DNA of 40,000 nucleotides from Pseudescherichia vulneris (GTDB lineage Bacteria; Pseudomonadota; Gammaproteobacteria; Enterobacterales; Enterobacteriaceae): NCBI GenBank assembly GCA_046518185.1, contig JBKGRZ010000004.1, positions 142,015 to 182,014 of the forward strand, read 5' to 3'. Shown piece by piece: positions 28,095 to 40,000 of this stretch (position 1 is its first letter; each line of letters starts with the position of its first letter). The notes under the pieces were generated by a model. It saw only the letters and a program-made list of their open reading frames with translations, ran no database searches and was not told where the DNA came from. The position numbers and the translations under genes were made by a program.

Positions 28095-28687
28095 CTACTG
28101 ATGACGCTGGCGTAAATTCTCAATCACGGTCGTCAAATCCAGTTCCTGATCCTGCAGCAGTACCAGCAGGTGGTACATCAGATCAGAGGCTTCATTGGTC
28201 AGCTCATGCCGGTCGTTCACCGTGGCGGCCAGCGCGGTTTCTACGCCTTCTTCACCCACTTTTTGGGCGATACGTTTAGTACCGCTGGCGTAGAGTTTGG
28301 CGGTATAAGAGCTGGCCGGGTCGGCGGTCTTACGCTCGGCCAGCAGCTGCTCCAGCTGATACAGGAACAGCCATTGGTGGCCGGTATCGCCAAAGCAGCT
28401 GGAGGTGCCTTTATGGCAGGTCGGGCCAATCGGGCTCACCAGCACCAGCAGGGTGTCGTTGTCGCAATCCGGGGTGATGCTGACCACGTTGAGGAAATGA
28501 CCGGAAGTTTCACCTTTGGTCCACAAGCGCTGTTTGGTGCGCGAGTAGAAGGTCACTTTGCCGCTTTTTTCCGTGGCGGTCAGGGCTTCCTGATTCATAT
28601 AGCCCAGCATCAGCACCTCACCGGATACCGCGTGCTGTACGATGGCGGGCATCAGTCCGTCGGTTTTTTCCCAGTCCAGTTGTTCGG

Positions 28688-28694
<7 letters not shown>
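28095..28694 (-). CDS. hisI: Bifunctional phosphoribosyl-AMP cyclohydrolase / phosphoribosyl-ATP pyrophosphatase
   Basis: 199 aa. [38 protein letters not shown]… is the last gene of the his operon. Confidence 0.96.
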
Positions 28695-34199
<5,505 letters not shown>

Positions 34200-34205
34200 G
34201 GTCGG

Positions 34206-35105
34206 TTACTCCATCATCTTCTCAATAGGCAGTACCAGAATGGAGCTGGCTCCAAGCGCTTTCAGTTTTTCCATCGTTTCCCAGAACAGAGTTTCGCTGC
34301 TGACCATGTGCATCGCGACGCGCTGCTGATCGCCTGCCAGAGGCAGAATCGTTGGGCGTTCAGCTCCTGGCAGCAGGGCAATCACTTCTTCCAGACGCTC
34401 GGTTGGGGCGTGCATCATGATGTATTTCGATTCACGTGCCTGAATCACGCCCTGAATACGGGTCAGGAGTTTGTCGATCAGTTGCTGTTTGGCTTCCGGC
34501 ATTTCGCCGTCGCGCTGAATAAGACAGGCTTTGGAGCGATAAATCACTTCCACTTCACGCAGGCCGTTGGCTTCAAGCGTTGCGCCGGTCGAGACCAGAT
34601 CGCAAATCGCATCGGCCAGACCGGCACGCGGGGCGACTTCAACGGAGCCGTTCAGCAGGCAGGATTTGAACGAAATGCCTTTCTGGTCGAGGTAGCGCTT
34701 GAGCAGGTGTGGATACGAGGTGGCGATGCGTTTGCCGTCGAGAGCTGCCGGGCCGTCCCAGGATTCATCTGCGGAGGTGGCCAGGGATAAGCGGCAGCCG
34801 CCGAAGTCCAGACGACGCAGTGTGAAATAGCGCGGGTCATCGCCCTGGGCGCGGCGGCTGAGTAACTCTTCTTCCAGCACGTTTTCACCGATGATGCCGA
34901 GGTCGACCACGCCATCCATCACCAGGCCCGGGATATCGTCGTCACGCACGCGCAGAATGTCGATCGGCATATTTTCTGCCAGCGCAATCAGGCGCTGGGT
35001 GTGCAGATTAATTTTTATGCCGCAGCGGGCCAGTAATTCGCGTGAATCATCGCTCAAACGCCCAGATTTCTGCATAGCTATGCGTAAACGGTTGTTGTCT
35101 AACAT
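34206..35105 (-). CDS. hisG: ATP phosphoribosyltransferase (long form)
   Basis: 299 aa. [41 protein letters not shown]… is the first structural gene of the his operon. Confidence 0.98.
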   Translation of the reverse strand: MLDNNRLRIAMQKSGRLSDDSRELLARCGIKINLHTQRLIALAENMPIDILRVRDDDIPGLVMDGVVDLGIIGENVLEEELLSRRAQGDDPRYFTLRRLDFGGCRLSLATSADESWDGPAALDGKRIATSYPHLLKRYLDQKGISFKSCLLNGSVEVAPRAGLADAICDLVSTGATLEANGLREVEVIYRSKACLIQRDGEMPEAKQQLIDKLLTRIQGVIQARESKYIMMHAPTERLEEVIALLPGAERPTILPLAGDQQRVAMHMVSSETLFWETMEKLKALGASSILVLPIEKMME

Positions 35106-35150
35106 TCTCTTATCCTCGTAGTCCTGTCTGAATCACTGAAACTCGCGCCC

Positions 35151-35188
35151 AAAAAAAAGCCCCCGGAAGTGTGAATCTTCCGGGGGCT
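35151..35188 (-). terminator. his attenuator terminator hairpin
   Basis: Read on the minus strand: gcccccggaag-attcacac-cttccgggggc followed by tttttttt. It lies between hisL and hisG, as in the classic his attenuator. Confidence 0.85.
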
Positions 35189-35250
35189 CTCTCTTGCGTT
35201 CTGCACCACTGGAAGATCTAACTGTCTTCCAGCACACATCGCCTGAAAGA

Positions 35251-35301
35251 CTAGTCAGGGTGATGGTGATGATGGTGGTTTTTAAATTGAACGCAGTTCA
35301 T
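35251..35301 (-). CDS. hisL: his operon leader peptide
   Basis: The minus-strand ORF atg aac tgc gtt caa ttt aaa aac cac cat cat cac cat cac cct gac tag encodes MNCVQFKNHHHHHHPD (16 aa, six consecutive His codons). It lies upstream of the attenuator hairpins. Confidence 0.9.
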   Translation of the reverse strand: MNCVQFKNHHHHHHPD

Positions 35302-35339
35302 AATTTTCTCGTTGAATGCTTATGCATTTGATGCCTTTT

Positions 35340-35369
35340 AACCTAAACCAGTTCAGCGCCGGAAAGCAA
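35340..35369 (-). promoter_or_regulatory. Candidate his operon promoter (-35 TTGCTT / -10 TAGGTT)
   Basis: The minus strand reads TTGCTTtccggcgctgaactggtTTAGGTTaaaaggcatca. This closely resembles my memory of the E. coli/Salmonella hisp1 region (TTGCTT …TAGGTTAAAAG.CATCA). Confidence 0.6.
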
Positions 35370-35477
35370 GGGCTTTTTTACAACTTTAATTCATTTCATA
35401 TTCATCAGATAAATTGTCAGTTGGCCAGGGCTGGCGTAGCCTTATTAAAGGAACGCGAATGAGTCAGGAGAGCACAG

Positions 35478-36296
35478 ATGAAAAAGGTCGCAATCGTCGG
35501 TTTAGGTTGGCTGGGTATGCCGCTGGCCCTGTCGTTAACGGCGCGAGGCTGGCAGGTGTCCGGCAGCAAAACTACCGAAGATGGAATTGAAGCTGCAAAA
35601 ATGTGCGGAATTGACAGCTATATATTGCGCCTTGATCCGCAGTTGGTCTGTGATACGGACGATCTCGACGCGCTGATGAACGTTGACGCATTGGTGATAA
35701 CGCTTCCAGCCCGACGCAGCGGGCCGGGGGAAGAGTTCTACTTGCAGGCGGTTCAGGAAATAGTCGATACCGCCCTGGCGTACCACATCCCTCGCATCGT
35801 CTTCACCAGTTCGACCTCGGTGTACGGTAAAGGGGAAGGGACCCTTAAAGAAACCGCGCCGCGTGAACCGATAACGTCGAGCGGTCGGGTGCTGAAAGAG
35901 CTTGAAGACTGGCTGCATAATCTGCCAGGTACGTCGGTCGATATTGTGCGCCTCGCCGGTCTGGTTGGCCCTGGGCGTCATCCGGGGCGCTTCTTTGCCG
36001 GGAAATCGGCCCCGGACGGGCAGCAGGGCGTTAACCTCGTGCATCTGGAAGACGTCGTTTCCGCGATAACGCTATTGCTGCAGGCACCGAAGGGCGGTCA
36101 CATCTATAATCTCTGTGCGCCGGGCCATCCTTCACGATCGACTTTTTATCCGCAGATGGCGCGTGAGCTTGGGCTCGAGCCGCCTGTGTTCAGCGATAGC
36201 GCTGAGAAGGGACGAATAATTGATGGTAACCGCATCTGTTCTGAACTGGGTTTTGAGTATCAGTATCCCGATCCGCTGGTGATGCCGCTGGAGTAA
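35478..36296 (+). CDS. yeeZ: NAD(P)-binding Rossmann-fold protein YeeZ (SDR/epimerase-like, function unknown)
   Basis: 272 aa. MKKVAIVGLGWLGMPLALSLTARGWQVSGSKTT… through …ELGFEYQYPDPLVMPLE is collinear with E. coli YeeZ. Confidence 0.9.
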   Translation: MKKVAIVGLGWLGMPLALSLTARGWQVSGSKTTEDGIEAAKMCGIDSYILRLDPQLVCDTDDLDALMNVDALVITLPARRSGPGEEFYLQAVQEIVDTALAYHIPRIVFTSSTSVYGKGEGTLKETAPREPITSSGRVLKELEDWLHNLPGTSVDIVRLAGLVGPGRHPGRFFAGKSAPDGQQGVNLVHLEDVVSAITLLLQAPKGGHIYNLCAPGHPSRSTFYPQMARELGLEPPVFSDSAEKGRIIDGNRICSELGFEYQYPDPLVMPLE

Positions 36297-36335
36297 ACGG
36301 CCTGCGGTGACATCGCGTACCCTCTGGGGGCGAAG

Positions 36336-37253
36336 ATGAAACCATTGCTGGAAGTTCTCATCATTCTTGATGCGCTCGATAAAGAAGGGAGCTTTGCTGC
36401 AGCATCGGCAAAGCTCTTTAAGACCCCGTCGGCGCTGAGTTACACCGTTCATAAGCTGGAAAGCGATCTCAATATTCAACTGCTTGACCGCAGCGGGCAC
36501 CGGGCGAAATTTACCCGTACCGGACAGATGCTGCTGGAGAAAGGGAGGGAAGTGCTGCACACGGTGCGCGAGCTGGAGAAGCAGGCCATCAAACTGCACG
36601 AAGGCTGGGAGAACGATCTGGTGATTGGCGTCGACGACACCTTTCCCTTTTCCTTACTTGCCCCGTTAATTGAACAGTTCTACGAACGGCACAGTGTCAC
36701 ACGGCTTAAATTTATCAATGGCGTACTCGGCGGTTCCTGGGATGCTCTGGTACAGGGACGGGCAGATATTGTGATCGGTGCCCTGCACGATCCGCCCCCG
36801 CTCAGCGATTTCGGCTTTGCCCCGCTCGGCGAGCTGGAGCAGATTTTTGTCGTCGCCCCGCATCATCCGTTAGCCGGTGAAGCCGAACCGCTAAGCCGCA
36901 AAACCATCCGACAGCATCGTGCCATCGTGGTGGGCGATGGCACAACCCCGGACTGTCCGGCCTTCCAGCAGTTGCTGGATGATCAGGAAGCGATCACCGT
37001 TTTTGATTTCAAAACCAAGCTGGAGCTACAAATTACCGGCATCGGCTGTGGTTATTTACCCCGTTATCTGGCGCAGCGTTTTATCGACACCGGTGCGCTG
37101 GTGGAAAAACAGGTAGCGGCTCACGTTGCGTTCGATGCGGTGTGGATTGGCTGGAACGAACAGACGGCGGGGCTGGCCAGTGCCTGGTGGCGAGAGGCTG
37201 TTTTAGCAAATAGTGCTATCGCGGCCGTGTACCAGCGCGGCAGTGATGAATAA
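36336..37253 (+). CDS. yeeY: LysR-family transcriptional regulator YeeY
   Basis: 305 aa. The N-terminal wHTH (…GSFAAASAKLFKTPSALSYTVHKLESDLNIQLLDRSGHRAKFT…) and the LysR substrate-binding domain are collinear with E. coli YeeY. Confidence 0.9.
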   Translation: MKPLLEVLIILDALDKEGSFAAASAKLFKTPSALSYTVHKLESDLNIQLLDRSGHRAKFTRTGQMLLEKGREVLHTVRELEKQAIKLHEGWENDLVIGVDDTFPFSLLAPLIEQFYERHSVTRLKFINGVLGGSWDALVQGRADIVIGALHDPPPLSDFGFAPLGELEQIFVVAPHHPLAGEAEPLSRKTIRQHRAIVVGDGTTPDCPAFQQLLDDQEAITVFDFKTKLELQITGIGCGYLPRYLAQRFIDTGALVEKQVAAHVAFDAVWIGWNEQTAGLASAWWREAVLANSAIAAVYQRGSDE

Positions 37254-37347
37254 TCAGACAGTTAAGCGCAAGAATTTATTGCTGGACTTCTCATTCTCTT
37301 GTTTTTGTCAGGAGATGGGGGCAAAATACGCGCCAGAAAAAAAGGAG

Positions 37348-37387
37348 TAACCGACGCAATTTTAAAAGGCGTCGGTTATTTTTTTGT
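37348..37387 (+). terminator. Rho-independent terminator downstream of yeeY
   Basis: taaccgacgc-aattttaaaag-gcgtcggtta followed by ttttttt(g)tttt. Confidence 0.7.
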
Positions 37388-37481
37388 TTTCGAAACACTC
37401 ATTCAAACAAGAGGCCGGGCTTCGTACCGGATAGATACTTACTTAAAAATCGACAGTTGTTGTCGCTGAGGATCCACACAA

Positions 37482-37544
37482 ATGGGGCAATTTTTTGCTT
37501 ACGCGACGGTTTTCACCGTAAAGGGGAATAGCCATGTCGCATAA
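37482..37544 (+). CDS. yoeI: 20-aa upstream small ORF overlapping the plaP start (YoeI-like small protein / leader peptide)
   Basis: atg ggg caa ttt ttt gct tac gcg acg gtt ttc acc gta aag ggg aat agc cat gtc gca taa encodes [25 protein letters not shown] lies 9 nt upstream (37468-37472). The ORF ends 8 nt after the plaP ATG. It resembles my recollection of the E. coli small protein YoeI at the same locus, but I have not verified this. Confidence 0.5.
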   Translation: MGQFFAYATVFTVKGNSHVA

Positions 37545-38892
37545 CGTTACTCCAAACACCTCTCGCGTGGAACTACGTAAGTCTCTTACGTTGATTCCGG
37601 TTGTTATGATGGGTCTTGCCTATATGCAGCCTATGACGCTGTTCGATACTTTCGGTATCGTATCTGGACTGACCGATGGTCACGTCCCGACAGCCTATGC
37701 ATTCGCTCTGATAGCCATCCTGTTTACTGCATTAAGTTACGGTAAGCTGGTTCGCCGCTATCCGTCAGCGGGTTCAGCCTATACCTATGCCCAGAAATCC
37801 ATTAGCCCGACGGTTGGCTTTATGGTGGGTTGGTCTTCGCTGCTTGATTATCTGTTTATGCCGATGATCAACATCCTGCTGGCAAAAATTTACTTTGAAG
37901 CGCTGGTGCCATCGGTACCGTCGTGGATATTTGTTGTCGGGTTGGTGGCCTTTATGACCATCTCGAACCTGCGCAGCATCAAAACCGTGGCTAACTTCAA
38001 CACCCTGATTGTGGTGCTGCAGATGGGTATCGTTGCCGTTATCGTCGGCATGATCATCTGGGGCGTCTACAACGGGACGGGTGCGGGTACGCTGACCAGC
38101 AGTCGTCCGTTCTGGTCTGATGGCGCGCATATCACGCCGATGATCACCGGTGCGACGATTCTGTGCTTCTCGTTCCTGGGCTTTGATGGGATCTCTTCTC
38201 TGTCTGAAGAAACCAAAGATGCTGAACGCGTTATCCCGAAAGCTATTTTCCTGACGGCGCTGATTGGCGGGATGGTATTTATTGTTGCTTCTTACTTCCT
38301 GCAACTGTACTTCCCGGACATCTCTCGCTTTAAGGATCCAGATGCGTCACAGCCTGAAATCATGCTGTACGTTGCGGGTAAAACCTTCCAGTGGGGCGTG
38401 CTGATTTTCTCCAGCGTGACCGTACTGGCATCCGGTATGGCCGCACACGCAGGCGTATCTCGTCTGATGTATGTCATGGGGCGTGATGGCGTGTTCCCGA
38501 AAAGCTTCTTCGGTTACGTTCATCCGAAATGGCGTACTCCGGCATGGAACGTGCTGCTGGTGGGTGCGATTGCGCTGCTGGCGATTAAATTCGACCTGGT
38601 AACGGCAACGGCGTTGATTAACTTCGGTGCGCTGGTGGCATTCACCTTCGTTAATCTGTCGGTCATCTCCCAGTTCTGGATCCGCGAAAAGCGTAACAAG
38701 ACGCTGAAAGACCACTTCAATTACCTGGTATTGCCGGTATGTGGTGCGTTGACCGTCGGTGCGCTGTGGATCAACCTGGAAGAAAGCTCAATGGTACTGG
38801 GCCTGATTTGGGGCGCGATTGGCCTGATTTACCTGGCCTGTGTAACCCGTAGCTTCCGCAACCCAGTTCCGCAGTACGAAGACGTCGCGTAA
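37534..38892 (+). CDS. plaP: Putrescine importer PlaP (APC-family amino acid/polyamine permease; YeeF)
   Basis: 452 aa with about 12 TM segments. [45 protein letters not shown]… is collinear with E. coli PlaP/YeeF. Confidence 0.92.
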   Translation: MSHNVTPNTSRVELRKSLTLIPVVMMGLAYMQPMTLFDTFGIVSGLTDGHVPTAYAFALIAILFTALSYGKLVRRYPSAGSAYTYAQKSISPTVGFMVGWSSLLDYLFMPMINILLAKIYFEALVPSVPSWIFVVGLVAFMTISNLRSIKTVANFNTLIVVLQMGIVAVIVGMIIWGVYNGTGAGTLTSSRPFWSDGAHITPMITGATILCFSFLGFDGISSLSEETKDAERVIPKAIFLTALIGGMVFIVASYFLQLYFPDISRFKDPDASQPEIMLYVAGKTFQWGVLIFSSVTVLASGMAAHAGVSRLMYVMGRDGVFPKSFFGYVHPKWRTPAWNVLLVGAIALLAIKFDLVTATALINFGALVAFTFVNLSVISQFWIREKRNKTLKDHFNYLVLPVCGALTVGALWINLEESSMVLGLIWGAIGLIYLACVTRSFRNPVPQYEDVA

Positions 38893-38903
38893 GTCATAGC
38901 GAT

Positions 38904-38941
38904 AAAAAAAACCGGAGACATGAACGGTCTCCGGTTTTTTT
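38904..38941. terminator. Bidirectional terminator between the convergent plaP and sbcB genes
   Basis: aaaaaaaaccggagac-atgaacg-gtctccggttttttt. It is a perfect 9-10 bp stem flanked by an A-run and a T-run. Confidence 0.85.
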
Positions 38942-38958
38942 ATACCTGATGTTTAGCC

Positions 38959-40000
38959 TTAGACTATCTCTTGCGCATACTGATACAGCGCTTTCAGCAG
39001 AGCCAGCTTTTCACTATTCCCTTCATACTGCGCGTAAAGCGCTTGCAGCTCGTCGGCGTAGGCTTGCAGATATTCCGGGGTAAACACATTGCGACGATGC
39101 TCTAACCAGCGCTGCTGCTCCGTTTCGTCCAACGTGCCGGGGAAGTTACGCGCCCGATAGTTAAACAGCAGCTTCTCGACGCGCGCGTCGGCAAAGGTCA
39201 AATCCAGGGCGGGCAGGTTGCGCGGCTCGGTTTCCAGCAGGATTTTCATCGCCGTGCGGTCTGCATCGCTAAAGAAGCCGTTGTACAACTGAGTGTCAAT
39301 ATTGTCAGAGGGTACGAACGGTTCCGCTTCGGCGAAAATGGCGACCACTTTGTCGCGAACCTGCGGGTTATCGCGCAGCACTTTCAGATTATCAAGACAC
39401 TGCTGGCGATTGATACCCAAGCGGTCCGCATCTTCCGGGCGCAGGGTATTGGCCTGGGCCAGAATAGGGCATTTGTTCAGATGCACCAGCTTCACCGGCA
39501 CGGCCGCCAGCTCGCCGAGATCGGCTTTCGGGGTGTATAACCGCCCGCGTAATTCGTCCGCGTTCAACTCGAGGAGGGGCGAGATGTCTCCCGCCAGATC
39601 GACCATAATCACCGCATTGCGGTTATCAGGGTGCCAGGCAAGCGGGGCTACCCAACTGGTGTTGCCGCGCCAGGCGCCGAACATGCCTGAGATATGCACC
39701 AGCGGTTTCATCTGCGGCACATCAATCAGCGTCGCCAGTTTGTTCTTGCCACGGTAGGTGTAGAGATACTCAAACAGCCGCGGCTGACGCGTTTTAACCA
39801 GCTTCGCCATCGCGATAGTGGCGTACACGTCGGCCATCGCATCGTGGGCGTTGCTGTGTTCAATCCCGTTGGCTTTGGTCAGGTGTTCGAGCCGGAAACT
39901 TGGCAAACCGTCGTCGTTCTCTGGCCAGTTAATGCCTTCCGGGCGCAGCGCGTAGCAGGCGCGCATCACATCGAGCAGATCCCAGCGTGAGTTATTGTTC
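38959..40000 (-). CDS. sbcB: Exodeoxyribonuclease I (5' end lies beyond the right window edge)
   Basis: The frame is open to the window edge (…NNNSRWDLLDVMRACYALRPEGINWPENDDGLPSFRLEHLTKANGIEHSNAHDAMADVYATIAMAKLV…). It is collinear with the C-terminal ~345 aa of E. coli SbcB. The M at 39969 in the track is an internal GTG/Val codon. Confidence 0.95.
   Translation of the reverse strand, partial: NNNSRWDLLDVMRACYALRPEGINWPENDDGLPSFRLEHLTKANGIEHSNAHDAMADVYATIAMAKLVKTRQPRLFEYLYTYRGKNKLATLIDVPQMKPLVHISGMFGAWRGNTSWVAPLAWHPDNRNAVIMVDLAGDISPLLELNADELRGRLYTPKADLGELAAVPVKLVHLNKCPILAQANTLRPEDADRLGINRQQCLDNLKVLRDNPQVRDKVVAIFAEAEPFVPSDNIDTQLYNGFFSDADRTAMKILLETEPRNLPALDLTFADARVEKLLFNYRARNFPGTLDETEQQRWLEHRRNVFTPEYLQAYADELQALYAQYEGNSEKLALLKALYQYAQEIV

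Noticed and set aside
37313-37348. A mini-ORF MGAKYAPEKKE immediately upstream of the yeeY-side terminator (caggagATGggg…gagtaa).
   Set aside because: The AGGAG box abuts the ATG with essentially zero spacing, which is unfavourable for initiation. It has only 11 codons and the sequence gives no further support.

Overview
This is a chromosomal segment from an Enterobacteriaceae genome. Gene order follows the E. coli / Salmonella colanic-acid / O-antigen / his region, but the proteins are clearly diverged from E. coli K-12. I cannot assign a genus without a database search.

Left to right:
- The distal part of the colanic-acid operon (wcaI partial, cpsB/manC, cpsG/manB, wcaJ, wzxC, wcaK, wcaL, wcaM).
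- A mid-GC gne/gnu-type epimerase gene, then galF.
- A JUMPstart/ops element followed by a ~9 kb strongly AT-rich Wzx/Wzy-type O-antigen operon with eight genes: three GT2 glycosyltransferases, wzx, an EpsG-type wzy, a TagD-like glycerol-3-phosphate cytidylyltransferase, a TagF-like CDP-glycerol glycerophosphotransferase, and an exported GH3 glycoside hydrolase.
- gnd, ugd, a convergent UDP-glucuronate 4-epimerase (uge/gla-like), and wzzB.
- The complete his operon on the minus strand (hisL leader and attenuator, then hisGDCBHAFI).
- yeeZ, yeeY, a yoeI-like upstream small ORF, plaP (yeeF), and the 3' part of sbcB.

I saw no rRNA, tRNA, CRISPR array, transposase, integrase, or defence-island-like architecture.

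The only clearly accessory, horizontally acquired block is the O-antigen locus. Its most unusual content is the translationally coupled, signal-anchored GH3 hydrolase, together with the teichoic-acid-style TagD/TagF pair. That is my best candidate for something not yet described, but it is a hypothesis based on reading the translations, not on a search. The rest of the window is ordinary conserved core genome.
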